Assembly (NCBI GenBank): GCA_019459705.1
Contig: JAIBFE010000179.1
Location: forward strand, 1-55,415
Direction: 5' to 3'
Origin: Thiobacillus sp.
GTDB lineage: Bacteria > Pseudomonadota > Gammaproteobacteria > Burkholderiales > Thiobacillaceae
DNA: 55,415 bases
Below are positions 9,558 through 20,108 of this stretch, piece after piece; the stretch's first letter is position 1, and each line of letters starts with the position of its first letter. Below the pieces are notes generated by a model. That model was given only the letters and a program-made list of their open reading frames with translations, ran no database searches and was not told where the DNA came from. A program made the translations under genes and the position numbers.

Positions 9558-11101
9558 GCGCTCTACCCGATTCCCTGCCTGTCGTTCCGCGCAGCGGATG
9601 GCTGCTTCCCGGTGCGCTGACCATCGGTGTCCTGCTGATTCTGGCCGGCGTGTTCTGGCCAACCCTCCATTCAATGGTGGAAGTGTGGGAGCGCTCGGAA
9701 ACCTTTGCCCACGGCTACCTCATTTTCCCGATCAGCGCCTGGCTGATCTGGCGTCAGCGCGATGTGCTGGCGCGTCTGCAGCCACGTCCCGACCTGCGTG
9801 GGCGGCTGCTGCTGGCTGCCGCCGGCGCGGGCTGGCTGCTGGCCGACGCGGGCAGCGTCAATGTCGTCGCGCAGTATGCGTTCATCGCCATGCTGATTGC
9901 GGCGGTGTGGACGCTGCTCGGCTGGGCTTTCGTGTGGGCCGCATTTTTCCCGCTGATGTTCCTGTTTTTCGCGGTGCCGGTGGGCGAGTTCCTGATCCAG
10001 CCGCTGATGGGGGTGACCGCCGATTTCACCGTGGCCATGCTGCAGGCCACCGGCATTCCGGTGTACCGGGAGGGCACGTTCTTCAGCATCCCCAGCGGCG
10101 ACTGGTCGGTGGTTGAAGGATGCTCCGGGCTGCGCTATCTGATCGCCTCGGTCACGCTCGGCGTCCTCTATGCCTATCTTACCTATCGCTCGTGGAAACG
10201 GCGCCTGCTGTTTTCCATCGCCGCCATCGTCGTGCCGATTTTCGCCAACAGTGGGCGCGCCTACATGATCGTGATGATCGCCCATCTGTCCGACATGAAG
10301 CTGGCGCTCGGCGTCGATCACTACATCTACGGCTGGGTGTTTTTCGGTATGGTCATGTTGCTGCTGTTCTGGATCGGCAGCTTCTGGCGCGAGGACGATC
10401 AGCCTGCATCCGATGCCGGCCAGCCGGCTGCAGCGCCTGCCGGGCGCGCGCCGGCGCGGCAGGTCGTGCCGGCCGCGATCGGGATGCTGGCCATCGCCGG
10501 CCTGTGGCCGGCCTATGCCGTCTGGCTCAACGCGCGGCCGTTGCCGGTCATGCCTGAATTGCAGGTCGAAGCCCAGGGCGGCTGGCAGCCTGCCGAGGCC
10601 TTTACCACCTGGCGGCCGCACTGGGTCGGCGCTGACAGGGCATTGCGTCAGTCCTACAGCCAGGGAGGGCGCAAGGTGTTGCTGGAGCTCAATTACTACG
10701 TCACCCAGCGGCAGGATGCCGAACTCATCAATTCACAGAATTTCATGATCAGGCAGAAGGATCCGGCCTGGTCGAACGTCGGCGAAAGCATTGCCACGGT
10801 GGAAGGCGGCGGTGAGCCACGCCAGGTACGGCAGGCCAAAATGCGCGGCAGCGACGGCCAGCGCCTGCTGGTATGGCAGTGGAACCTGATCAATCAGCGT
10901 CCTGTGGTCAACGACCATGTCGCCAAGCTGGCCCTGGCGTTCGACCGGGTGCGGCTGCAGCGCGACGATGGCCTGTCGGTGCTGATCGCCACGCCCTACG
11001 AGGAGCCGGAGCGCGAGGCCGCGGCTGCCGTTCTGGCCGGGTTTGCCGCCGACATGGAGCCGGCGATCGGGCACACGCTCGACCAGGTTGACGGGCAGTG
11101 A
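9554..11101 (+). CDS. xrtA: Exosortase A with C-terminal EpsI-like domain
   Basis: Multi-TM; HGYLI; catalytic Cys (VVEGCSGLRYL), Arg (NSGRAY) and His (VDHYIYGW); soluble EpsI-like tail (Q.QDAELINS.N); ATGA overlap with the previous gene. Confidence 0.95.
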   Translation: MSALPDSLPVVPRSGWLLPGALTIGVLLILAGVFWPTLHSMVEVWERSETFAHGYLIFPISAWLIWRQRDVLARLQPRPDLRGRLLLAAAGAGWLLADAGSVNVVAQYAFIAMLIAAVWTLLGWAFVWAAFFPLMFLFFAVPVGEFLIQPLMGVTADFTVAMLQATGIPVYREGTFFSIPSGDWSVVEGCSGLRYLIASVTLGVLYAYLTYRSWKRRLLFSIAAIVVPIFANSGRAYMIVMIAHLSDMKLALGVDHYIYGWVFFGMVMLLLFWIGSFWREDDQPASDAGQPAAAPAGRAPARQVVPAAIGMLAIAGLWPAYAVWLNARPLPVMPELQVEAQGGWQPAEAFTTWRPHWVGADRALRQSYSQGGRKVLLELNYYVTQRQDAELINSQNFMIRQKDPAWSNVGESIATVEGGGEPRQVRQAKMRGSDGQRLLVWQWNLINQRPVVNDHVAKLALAFDRVRLQRDDGLSVLIATPYEEPEREAAAAVLAGFAADMEPAIGHTLDQVDGQ

Positions 11102-12222
11102 CCGCACACATCGTGCATGTCGTACACCGCTTCGATACCGGCGGCATGGAAAACGGCATGGTGAACCTGTTCAACACCTTGCCCCCTGAACGCTACCGGC
11201 ATACCGTGGTGGCGCTCACCGACTATAGCGATTTCCGCCACCGCATTACCGCGCAGCAGGTCGATTTCCATGCGCTGCATCGCGCGCCGGGCCATGGTCT
11301 CGGCTGGGCGGTGCGGCTGTGGAAGCTGCTGCGTCAGCTCAAACCTGATCTGGTGCACACCCGCAACCTCGCCGCGCTGGAGGCGCAGTTCGTCGCCGCC
11401 GCCGCCGGTATCCGTGCCACGGTGCACGGCGAGCATGGGCGGGACGTGTTCGACCTCTATGGCCGCAACTGGAAATACAATCTGCTGCGCCGTGCTGCCC
11501 GGCCTTTCGTGTCGAACTACATCGCCGTGAGCCGCGACCTCGAAACCTGGCTGCGCCTGGCCATCCATGTTCCCCCGCGCAAGCTGCACCATATCTACAA
11601 TGGCGTCGACAGCACAAAATTCCGCCCGCGTGTGGGTCCGAGGCCGGACTTTGCCCATCCCGAGAGCATCGTGTTCGGCTCGGTGGGGCGCATGGTCGAG
11701 GTCAAGGATTACCCCACGCTCACGGCTGCCTTCATCCAGTTGATGCGCCATCAGCCCGAGCGTGCCGAGCGCGCGCGGCTGGTCATCGTCGGTGAGGGCC
11801 CCGCGCGGGCGACCTGCCTTGATCTGCTGCAGGGGGCCGGCCTGGCGCACCTGGCCTGGCTGCCGGGCGAGCGCCATGATATTGCCGACATCATGCAGAT
11901 GCTGGATGTATTCGTGCTGCCCTCCAAAAACGAGGGCATCTCCAATACCATCCTGGAAGCACTGGCGAGCGGGCTGCCGGTGATCGCCACCGAGGTGGGC
12001 GGCAATGTCGAGCTGGTGGAAGAGGGCGTCAACGGCACGCTGGTGCAGCCGGGCGATGTGGCCGGCATGGCACAGGCCTTGCTCGGGTATCTGGACGCGC
12101 CGGCGCGTATCGCCGGGCACGGAGCGAATGCGCGCCAGTATGCCGAGCAGCGCTTCAGCATTCCGGTCATGGCCGAGGCCTATGCCATGGTGTACGACCA
12201 GACGCTGGGGCGCTGGCGCTGA
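11098..12222 (+). CDS. GT4 glycosyltransferase, PEP-CTERM/XrtA system (TIGR03088-like)
   Basis: GGMENGMVNL, PDLVHTRN, HGEHGRD, EGISNTILEA; GTG start overlapping the xrtA stop. Confidence 0.9.
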   Translation: MTAHIVHVVHRFDTGGMENGMVNLFNTLPPERYRHTVVALTDYSDFRHRITAQQVDFHALHRAPGHGLGWAVRLWKLLRQLKPDLVHTRNLAALEAQFVAAAAGIRATVHGEHGRDVFDLYGRNWKYNLLRRAARPFVSNYIAVSRDLETWLRLAIHVPPRKLHHIYNGVDSTKFRPRVGPRPDFAHPESIVFGSVGRMVEVKDYPTLTAAFIQLMRHQPERAERARLVIVGEGPARATCLDLLQGAGLAHLAWLPGERHDIADIMQMLDVFVLPSKNEGISNTILEALASGLPVIATEVGGNVELVEEGVNGTLVQPGDVAGMAQALLGYLDAPARIAGHGANARQYAEQRFSIPVMAEAYAMVYDQTLGRWR

Positions 12223-12274
12223 GGTGCCGTCAGGCAGCCCGAAAAATCGACAGACAAGGGATGGGATAACAAGC

Positions 12275-14194
12275 ATGTGCGGCATCACCGGAATTTTCGA
12301 TACCAGCGGCGTGAACGAGATTTCACGCGAGCTGCTGCATCGCATGAACGAAACCCAGTTTCACCGCGGCCCCGACGAGGGTGGCCTGCATCTTGAGCCG
12401 GGTGTGGGGCTTGGACATCGGCGGCTGTCGATCATCGACCTGTCCACCGGCCAGCAGCCGTTGTTCAACGAGGACGGCAGCGTGGTCGTCGTATTCAACG
12501 GTGAAATCTACAACTTCCAGGAGCTGGTGCCCGAACTCGAGGCGCTCGGCCATACCTTCCGCACCCACTCCGACACCGAAGTCATCGTCCACGCCTGGGA
12601 GGCCTGGGGCGAAGCCTGCGTCGCGCGCTTTCGCGGCATGTTCGCGTTCGCCCTGTGGGACCGCAGGCAGGAAACGCTGTTCGTGGTGCGCGACCGCTTC
12701 GGCGTCAAGCCGCTGTATTACGCTTTCCTCGATACCGGTGAATTCATTTTCGGCTCCGAACTGAAATCGCTGATGGTGCATCCCAGCCTGGCGCGCGAGA
12801 TCGATCCGCTGGCGGTCGAGGAGTATTTTGCCTACGGTTACGTGCCCGAGCCGCGCACCATTTTCAAGCGCGCCTACAAGCTGCCGCCCGGGTTCACGCT
12901 CACCCTCAGGCGCGGCCAGACCCGCGCGCTGCCGAAACAGTATTGGGACATGCCGTTTACTCCGGTGGCGGTGAAGGACGAGGCCAGCGCGATGGACGAA
13001 CTGGTCGAGCGCATGAAGGAATCGGTTCGCCTGCGCATGATCGCCGACGTGCCGCTGGGCGCTTTCCTGTCCGGCGGCGTGGATTCCAGTGCGGTGGTGG
13101 CGATGATGGCCACGCAGTCGAAAACGCCGGTGAATACCTGCTCGATCGGTTTCGACGACCCGGCCTTCAACGAAATCGAGTTCGCCCAGCAGGTGGCTGA
13201 CCGCTACCACACGCGGCACCATGTCGAGACTGTCGCTTCCAACGATTTCAGTCTGGTCGATCAGCTCGCCCAGGTGTACGACGAGCCCTATGCCGATTCG
13301 TCCGCGCTGCCGACCTACCGGGTGTGCGAACTGGCGCGGAAGCATGTGAAAGTCGCCCTGTCGGGCGACGGCGGTGACGAGCATTTCGCCGGCTACCGTC
13401 GCTATCGCTGGTTTCGCTACGAAGAGCGCATGCGCGCGGTGATGCCGCTCGCGTTGCGCCGCCCGCTGTTCGGTGCACTCGGCAGGCTGTATCCCAAGGC
13501 CGACTGGGCACCCAAGGTGTTCCGCGCCAAGACTACTTTCGAGGCGCTGGCGCGCGACACTGTCGAGGGCTATTTCCACGGTGTCTCGCTGCTGTCCGAC
13601 GCGCAGCGCAAGCAGCTGTTCTCGCCCGCCTTCAAGCGCGAACTGCAGGGCTACCAGGCAGTCGAGGTGCTGCGCCGCCATGCGGCCGTGGCACCCACCG
13701 ACGACCCGCTGTCGCTGGTGCAATATCTCGACATGAAAACCTATCTGGTCGGCGACATCCTCACCAAGGTCGACCGCGCCAGCATGGCGCACGCGCTGGA
13801 AGTGCGCGAGCCCTTGCTCGATCACGAGTTGATGGGCTGGGTCTCCGGCCTGCCCACCCATCTCAAGCTGCGCGGCACCGAAGGCAAATATCTGCTGAAA
13901 AAGTCGATGGAACCCTATCTGCCGCACGACGTGTTGTATCGCAGGAAAATGGGATTTTCTGTCCCGCTGGCGTCCTGGTTCCGCGGCCCGCTGGCGGTCA
14001 CCATCCGCAGCGTCGTGCTGGGCGAGCGGCTGGCCTCCACCGGGCTGTTCAATCAGGACTTCCTGCGCGAGGTGGTCGAGGCGCATCAGTCCGGCCGTCG
14101 CGACTACTCGGTGATCCTGTGGACGGTATTGATGTTCGACGCCTTCCTCGGGCAAGTGCTGGGGATGGATGAAACGGAGCGGCAAGCCGCATGA
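12275..14194 (+). CDS. asnB: Glutamine-hydrolysing asparagine-synthase-family amidotransferase, XrtA-associated (TIGR03108-like)
   Basis: N-terminal MCGI.G (Ntn Cys), HRGPD, HRRLSIID, FNGEIYN, FLSGGVDSS, SGDGGDE. Symbol is family level; the substrate is probably glycan. Confidence 0.9.
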   Translation: MCGITGIFDTSGVNEISRELLHRMNETQFHRGPDEGGLHLEPGVGLGHRRLSIIDLSTGQQPLFNEDGSVVVVFNGEIYNFQELVPELEALGHTFRTHSDTEVIVHAWEAWGEACVARFRGMFAFALWDRRQETLFVVRDRFGVKPLYYAFLDTGEFIFGSELKSLMVHPSLAREIDPLAVEEYFAYGYVPEPRTIFKRAYKLPPGFTLTLRRGQTRALPKQYWDMPFTPVAVKDEASAMDELVERMKESVRLRMIADVPLGAFLSGGVDSSAVVAMMATQSKTPVNTCSIGFDDPAFNEIEFAQQVADRYHTRHHVETVASNDFSLVDQLAQVYDEPYADSSALPTYRVCELARKHVKVALSGDGGDEHFAGYRRYRWFRYEERMRAVMPLALRRPLFGALGRLYPKADWAPKVFRAKTTFEALARDTVEGYFHGVSLLSDAQRKQLFSPAFKRELQGYQAVEVLRRHAAVAPTDDPLSLVQYLDMKTYLVGDILTKVDRASMAHALEVREPLLDHELMGWVSGLPTHLKLRGTEGKYLLKKSMEPYLPHDVLYRRKMGFSVPLASWFRGPLAVTIRSVVLGERLASTGLFNQDFLREVVEAHQSGRRDYSVILWTVLMFDAFLGQVLGMDETERQAA

Positions 14195-15417
14195 AAATCC
14201 TTCACGTCTTCGACCACACCCTGCCGCTGCATTCCGGCTACACTTTCCGCAGCGCGGCGATCCTGCGCAACCAGCGGAAAATGGGCTGGGATACCTACCA
14301 CCTGTCCGGCCCCAAGCAATTGAATTGCAACGTGATGGAAGAGGACGCCGACGGCCTGCATTTTTACCGCACGCCGAAACCCACCGGGCTGCTCGCCAAA
14401 TTGCCCGGCGGCGACCCGTTTGCAGTGATGGGTGCCATTGAGAAGCGTTTGCTGGCAGTGGCGCAAGCCCTGCAGCCGGACGTCATCCACGCGCATTCGC
14501 CGGTGCTGGATGCGGTGCCTGCGATCCGCGTCGGCCGTCGGCTGGGCATTCCGGTCGTGTATGAAATCCGCGCGTTCTGGGAGGACGCCGCGGTCGACCA
14601 CGGCAGCACCCAGGAAGGCAGCCTGCGCTACAAGCTCACCCGTGCGCTCGAAACCTGGGCGGTGAAGCATGCCGACGCCGTCACCGTCATTTGCGAAGGT
14701 CTGCGCAATGATCTCGTCGAGCGCGGCATTTCGCCAAACAAGATCACCGTCATCCCCAATGCCGTCGACATCGACAAGTTCGGCGTCGGCGGCAAGCCCG
14801 ACGCCGAGCTGAAAATGAAGCTCGGTCTCGGCAACAGCCGCGTGCTCGGTTTCATCGGCTCGTTCTACGCCTACGAAGGTCTGGACCTGCTGATTGCCGC
14901 GCTGCCGACGGTTCTCAAGCAGATGCCCGACGTGAAAGTGCTGCTGGTCGGCGGCGGGCCACAGGATGCGGCGTTGAAGCGGCAGGTGATGGAGCTCGAT
15001 CTGAAAGACCGCGTGATCTTCACCGGGCGCGTGCCGCACAGCGACGTGAACCGCTATTACGACCTGATCGATGTGCTGGTGTATGCACGCCACCCGATGC
15101 GGCTGACCAACCTGGTTACGCCACTGAAGCCGCTGGAAGCGATGGCGCAGGGACGGTTGATGGTCGCGTCCGACGTTGGCGGCCACAAGGAACTGATCCA
15201 GGACGGCAAGACCGGTGTGCTGTTCCATGCGGGCAATGCGGGCGATCTGGCCAGCAAGGTGGTGGCGCTGCTGAAATACGAGCAGGGCTGGGACAGCATG
15301 AAGCGGAACGGCCGCCAGTTCGTCGAAACCGAGCGCAACTGGGTAGCCAGCGTGGCGCGCTACCGCAGCGTGTACGGCAGCCTGGTCAAACCCGGGATGG
15401 AGGCCGCGCTTGGCTGA
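14191..15417 (+). CDS. GT4 glycosyltransferase, XrtA-associated (TIGR04063-like)
   Basis: DHTLPLHSGY.FR, HAHSP, YEIRAFWEDA, VTPLKPLEAMA. Confidence 0.88.
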   Translation: MKILHVFDHTLPLHSGYTFRSAAILRNQRKMGWDTYHLSGPKQLNCNVMEEDADGLHFYRTPKPTGLLAKLPGGDPFAVMGAIEKRLLAVAQALQPDVIHAHSPVLDAVPAIRVGRRLGIPVVYEIRAFWEDAAVDHGSTQEGSLRYKLTRALETWAVKHADAVTVICEGLRNDLVERGISPNKITVIPNAVDIDKFGVGGKPDAELKMKLGLGNSRVLGFIGSFYAYEGLDLLIAALPTVLKQMPDVKVLLVGGGPQDAALKRQVMELDLKDRVIFTGRVPHSDVNRYYDLIDVLVYARHPMRLTNLVTPLKPLEAMAQGRLMVASDVGGHKELIQDGKTGVLFHAGNAGDLASKVVALLKYEQGWDSMKRNGRQFVETERNWVASVARYRSVYGSLVKPGMEAALG

Positions 15418-16660
15418 GGGGCACACCGCTGCATCCGGCCATATCGACCTGGTCGTGTTCAGCTCGCTCTTCCCCAGCGCGGTACGTCCCGGCGCTGGAC
15501 TGTTCATCCGCGAACGCATGTTTCGCGTCGCGCAGCATCGGCCGCTCGCCGTCGTCTCGCCACAACCGTGGTTTCCCGGGCAGTCGCTCATTCGCCTGCT
15601 GCGTCCCGGCTACCGTCCGCAAGCGCCGGCACTGGAAATCCAGCAGGGCATCCGCGTGTATCACCCGCGTTTTCTGTCGGTGCCCGGCCTGCTGCGCCGG
15701 CTCGACGGCTGGTCGATGGCGCTGGCAAGTTTCGGCTTGATGCGACGGCTGAAGCGGCAGGGCGTGCAACTGATCGACGCGCATTTCGCCTATCCTGATG
15801 GCGAAGCTGCTACCCGGCTGGGGCGCTGGCTGGGCTTGCCGGCGACCATCACCCTGCGCGGCACCGAAGTGCCGCACAGCAAAAATCCCGTGCTGCGTCC
15901 GCGTCTGGTACGCGTGCTAAAAGACGCCGTGCGGGTGTTTTCCGTGTCCGCTTCCCTGCGCCGGCTGGCGATCGAACTCGGTGCTGCCGCGGAAAAAACC
16001 GAAGTTGTCGGAAACGGTGTCGACATCGGGCGTTTTCATCCGGTCGACCGCGCCGCCGCGCGCCAAAAATACGGCCTGCCGATGGATGCCAGAATTCTTG
16101 TCTCGGTCGGCGCGCTGGTCGAACGCAAGGGCATGCACCGCGTCATCGAGGTCATGCCGGCGCTGCTCGAGCGCCACCCCGACCTGCACTACCTCGTCGT
16201 CGGCGGCGTCAGCCCCGAGGGCGACAATCGCACTGAACTCGACGCACTGGTGGCGCGCCTGGGACTGGATGAGCGCGTGCACTTTCTCGGCCCGCTGTCG
16301 CCGGACGAACTCAAATGGCCGCTGTCGGCATCCGACGTCTTCGTGCTCGCCACCCGCAACGAAGGCTGGGCCAACGTGTTTCTCGAAGCCATGGCCTGCG
16401 GCCTGCCGGTGATCTCAACCGATGTCGGCGGCAACGCCGAAGTGGTGTGCCGCGATGAACTCGGCAGCATCGTGCCGTTCGGTGATGCCGCTGCCCTGCA
16501 GCAGGCGCTGGATGCCTCGCTCGACAAGGACTGGGACCGCGCCGCGATCCTCGACTACGCCCAGGCCAATCAGTGGGACAAGCGCGTGGCCCAGTTGCTG
16601 GGAGCGTTCGACGTGCTCATCCACAACGCTGCCGCGCAAGCGGAGCTTGCCGTCAAATGA
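15410..16660 (+). CDS. GT4 glycosyltransferase (TuaC-like)
   Basis: IDAHFAYPDG, ITLRG, NGVD, RKG, EGWANVFLEAMACG; TTG start uncertain. Confidence 0.85.
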   Translation: MAEGHTAASGHIDLVVFSSLFPSAVRPGAGLFIRERMFRVAQHRPLAVVSPQPWFPGQSLIRLLRPGYRPQAPALEIQQGIRVYHPRFLSVPGLLRRLDGWSMALASFGLMRRLKRQGVQLIDAHFAYPDGEAATRLGRWLGLPATITLRGTEVPHSKNPVLRPRLVRVLKDAVRVFSVSASLRRLAIELGAAAEKTEVVGNGVDIGRFHPVDRAAARQKYGLPMDARILVSVGALVERKGMHRVIEVMPALLERHPDLHYLVVGGVSPEGDNRTELDALVARLGLDERVHFLGPLSPDELKWPLSASDVFVLATRNEGWANVFLEAMACGLPVISTDVGGNAEVVCRDELGSIVPFGDAAALQQALDASLDKDWDRAAILDYAQANQWDKRVAQLLGAFDVLIHNAAAQAELAVK

Positions 16661-18042
16661 GCGTCCCGGCCTGGTTCGCCCGCGGCGTTTACCGCGCACA
16701 GGAAGCGGCGATGCATCGCCCCACCTTCGCCATGCTCGCCGAGCTCGAGCGCACGCAATGGCTGTCGCGCGAAGGCGTCGAAGCGTATCAGGCACAGCGC
16801 CTCAACAGGCTGCTGGCCAGCGCGCTGGCGCACAGCCCCTGGCACGCGGACCGGCTGCGGGCTGCCGAGCTGGGGGACGCCATCGAGGCCGGTGCGGTCG
16901 CGCTGGCCGACCTGCAGCGTCTGCCGACCATGGGCAAGCGTGATGCCCGTGACAACGTCGAACAACTGGTGTGGCGCGGCGTGCCCGGTGGCGTGTTCCA
17001 GTACACCACCGGCGGCTCCAGCGGTGAGCCGCTGATCTTCTATTTCGGCCGCGCGCGTCAGGCTTCCGATGCGGCGGGTCGCATGCGTGCACGGCGCTGG
17101 TGGGGCGTGCAGCCAGGCGAGCGCGAGGCCTATCTGTGGGGCGCGCCGGTCGAGCTCAACAAGACCGACCGCATCAAGACCCTGCGCGACCGGCTGGTCA
17201 ACCAGCTGGTGCTGAACGCCTTTGCCATGTCGCCCGGGTGCATGGACGATTATCTGGATGCCCTGCAGGCATGGCAGCCGAAGTGCCTGTACGGCTACGC
17301 CTCCAGCATGGCCCTGCTGGCGGCCCATGCCGAGGCGCGCCAGCGTACCCTGCGTTTGCCGCAGCTGCGCGTGGTGTGCACGACCGGCGAGCCGCTGTAT
17401 CCGCACCAGCGCGAGATCATCACCCGGGTCTTCGGCGCGCCGGTGGCGAACGAATTCGGCAGCCGCGACATCGGCTTTACCGCGCACGAGGCGCCAGGCG
17501 GGCAGATGCTGCTGATGAGCGAAAGCCACATCATCGAAGTGCTGGACCAGGCCGGACGGCCGGTGGCCCCGGGTGACGCGGGCGAGGCCGTGGTTACCGG
17601 CCTGACTTCAGGGGCTCAGCCCTTCATCCGCTATCGAACCGGAGACGTGTTGCGGCTTTCCAGCGAGCCGGCCACCGGCGGGCAGGGCCTGCATGTCCTC
17701 GCCGAGGTGACTGGGCGCCAGACCGATTTCGTCGTCGCCGCAGACGGCCGCATCATGCATGCGCTAGCGGTGATTTATGTATTGCGCGCCGTGCCGGGCA
17801 TCGCGCAGTTCAAGTGCATCCAGCATGCGCTGGACCGCATGGAAGTGCAGATCGTGCCGACTGTCGACTGGAACGAGGCTGCCCGCAATGCCGTGGTGGC
17901 GGGCTTGCGGACCCGTCTGGGCGAAGCGCTCAGGGTGGAGTTGCGCATGCTGGACGATATTCCTCCCGAAGCATCCGGCAAGCATCGCTACGTGGTCAGC
18001 CATGTCCCGCTTGCCGAAAGCCTGAAGCAGGCTGCAGCATGA
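16657..18042 (+). CDS. Phenylacetate-CoA-ligase/CapK-like adenylate-forming enzyme
   Basis: TTGGSSGEP P-loop, YGYAS, TTGE.L, NEFGSRD, PFIRYRTGD, SGKHRY; ATGA overlap. Confidence 0.85.
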   Translation: MSVPAWFARGVYRAQEAAMHRPTFAMLAELERTQWLSREGVEAYQAQRLNRLLASALAHSPWHADRLRAAELGDAIEAGAVALADLQRLPTMGKRDARDNVEQLVWRGVPGGVFQYTTGGSSGEPLIFYFGRARQASDAAGRMRARRWWGVQPGEREAYLWGAPVELNKTDRIKTLRDRLVNQLVLNAFAMSPGCMDDYLDALQAWQPKCLYGYASSMALLAAHAEARQRTLRLPQLRVVCTTGEPLYPHQREIITRVFGAPVANEFGSRDIGFTAHEAPGGQMLLMSESHIIEVLDQAGRPVAPGDAGEAVVTGLTSGAQPFIRYRTGDVLRLSSEPATGGQGLHVLAEVTGRQTDFVVAADGRIMHALAVIYVLRAVPGIAQFKCIQHALDRMEVQIVPTVDWNEAARNAVVAGLRTRLGEALRVELRMLDDIPPEASGKHRYVVSHVPLAESLKQAAA

Positions 18043-18066
18043 ACCCGAATTGAACCGAGCCTGATC

Positions 18067-19281
18067 ATGAAATCTTCTTCCCTCATTCAGCTTCCCCTCC
18101 GATACAAGCCATGGCAGGGGCGCAACCTGCGTCTGGTGATGCAGGACATCGCCGGAACCGCCCGGCAGTCGGAGCACGACCATCGCACCCATCTGCGCGG
18201 CGCCATCGACTGGCTGTGCCGCGCGCAGGATGTGCGCAAGCACAAGCCCGACGCGGGCGGGGTCGCCGCAGGCTGGAGTTTCGAGGACGGCTGGCTGCCC
18301 AGCTATCCCGAGACCACCGGCTACATCATCGAGACCTTCATCGCTGCGGCGCAATACCTCGACCGGCCCGAACTGATCGAGCGCGCCCGGAAGATGATCG
18401 ACTGGGAGCTCTCGCTGCAGACCGCCGACGGCGCATTCCCAGGCCATTTTGGCGAGCCCGGCAGCCACCCTGTCATTTTCAACCAGGGCCAGATCATGCA
18501 TGGCATGGTGGCGGGTTTTACGTCGCTCAATCGCCAGGACTGCCTGGAAGCGGGGGTGCGCGCCGGCCACTGGCTGGTGGCGCAGCAGGACGAAGACGGC
18601 TGCTACCGCAAGTTCGAGCACAACGGCGTGCCGCATGTCTACAACACCCGCGCCATCTGGGCACTGGCAGCCATGGGGGTGGTGGCGAACGAACCCGATT
18701 TCCTGGCGGCGGCGCGGCGCAATCTCGACTGGGCGCTGAGCCAGCAGACCCCCAGCGGCTGGTTTGCCACCAATGCCTTTGTACCGGGACGGCATCCCTT
18801 TACCCACACCATCGCCTATGCGATTCGCGGCTTCATTGAAGTCGCCGTTCTGCTGGGCGAGGAGCGCTATCTGAAGGCAGCCGAAAAGGCGGCCCGCGGC
18901 CTGATGGCAAAACAGCGCAGCGATGGCTGGCTTGCCGGGACTTACGACGACGGCTGGACCCCGACGGCGAGCTACGCCTGCGTCACCGGCGTCGCACAGA
19001 TGGCCCTCTGCTGGCTGCGGCTGGCCCAGATCAGCGGCGACAAGGACTACCGGGATGCCGCCTGGCGCGCGATTGCCTACGTCAAGCACACCCAGCGGCT
19101 GGAAGACGACGACGCCATCGTACGTGGCGCCATCCCCGGTTCGGCACCGATCTGGGGCGCCTATTCGCGCTTTGAGTTCCCCAACTGGGCGTCCAAGTTC
19201 TTCGCCGATGCGCTGATCATGGACATGGCCAATGTGGCCGTGCCGCCGGTTCCTGCTGCAGCCAAAGGGCTGCGGCGATGA
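18067..19281 (+). CDS. Uncharacterised alpha/alpha-toroid protein (prenyltransferase/squalene-cyclase-repeat-like)
   Basis: Repeated W-L-x3-Q-x2-(D/S)-G-x-(F/W) units; YPETTGY; NWASKFF; clear paralog at 37382-38302. Confidence 0.7.
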   Translation: MKSSSLIQLPLRYKPWQGRNLRLVMQDIAGTARQSEHDHRTHLRGAIDWLCRAQDVRKHKPDAGGVAAGWSFEDGWLPSYPETTGYIIETFIAAAQYLDRPELIERARKMIDWELSLQTADGAFPGHFGEPGSHPVIFNQGQIMHGMVAGFTSLNRQDCLEAGVRAGHWLVAQQDEDGCYRKFEHNGVPHVYNTRAIWALAAMGVVANEPDFLAAARRNLDWALSQQTPSGWFATNAFVPGRHPFTHTIAYAIRGFIEVAVLLGEERYLKAAEKAARGLMAKQRSDGWLAGTYDDGWTPTASYACVTGVAQMALCWLRLAQISGDKDYRDAAWRAIAYVKHTQRLEDDDAIVRGAIPGSAPIWGAYSRFEFPNWASKFFADALIMDMANVAVPPVPAAAKGLRR

Positions 19282-20108
19282 GCCGCCTGCGGCTGATGAT
19301 CCTGTGCGGGCGCAGCGCCCGCCATCTGCACGTCGCCAATACCCTGTGCCGTGCGGGGGAGGCACTGGCCATCGTGCAGGAAACCGGCGGCGAGTGGAAC
19401 CTGAAGAAAACTCTGAAAAAGCTCCGTCCCGACAACCTCTTCCGCAAGGTCTGGCGCTGGCTGCGCGACCGCCGCCGCTACACCGGCAATCCCGAGGCCA
19501 AATTCTTTTTCCCGGACGGCGAACCGCGGCTCGACCACCCCGAACGGGTGCGCGAAGTCCCGCACATCAACCACCCCGATGTGGTGAAGCTGGCACGTGA
19601 CCTTCAGCCTGACTTGATCTGCGTGTTCGGCACTTCCCTGATTCGCGGAGATCTGCTGAATGAAGGACGCCTCGGCATCGTCAACCTGCATGGCGGACTG
19701 TCGCCCGAATATCGCGGAGCCGACTGCACCTTCTGGGCGCTCTACAATGGCGAACCGGAAAAGGTCGGCTGTACCCTGCATTACATCGATGCAGGCATCG
19801 ACACCGGACGCCTGATCGCGCACATCAGCCCCGAGGTCCGCGAAGGCGACAGCGAATTGGTGCTGTTCTGGCGCGCGGTTCGGGACAGCGCCGAGGTCTA
19901 TGCCGAAGCCGTTGAACGACTCGGGCAAGGCGAACGGCTGGGCGCAGTGCAGCCAGGCAAAGGCCGGTTGTACCAGGTCAAGGATCGCGGTCTGCGCCAG
20001 GAACAAAAGCTGGCCGCACGGCTGGCTTCCGGCATGCTCAAAGGCATGTCCCTGCCGCGCAGGGTTTGCTGGTTTGCGAATGAAACAGTCAAGGAGCAGA
20101 GCACATGA
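19278..20108 (+). CDS. N10-formyl-THF-dependent formyltransferase family (probable sugar N-formyltransferase)
   Basis: PDLICVFG, NLHGGLSPEYRG (Asn/His), GCTLHYIDAGIDTG (Asp). Confidence 0.85.
   Translation: MSRLRLMILCGRSARHLHVANTLCRAGEALAIVQETGGEWNLKKTLKKLRPDNLFRKVWRWLRDRRRYTGNPEAKFFFPDGEPRLDHPERVREVPHINHPDVVKLARDLQPDLICVFGTSLIRGDLLNEGRLGIVNLHGGLSPEYRGADCTFWALYNGEPEKVGCTLHYIDAGIDTGRLIAHISPEVREGDSELVLFWRAVRDSAEVYAEAVERLGQGERLGAVQPGKGRLYQVKDRGLRQEQKLAARLASGMLKGMSLPRRVCWFANETVKEQST

Noticed and set aside
18067-19281. Squalene-hopene cyclase or lanthipeptide cyclase call for the barrel proteins
   Set aside because: Too short for a squalene-hopene cyclase, no DXDD motif, and no precursor peptide or dehydratase nearby.
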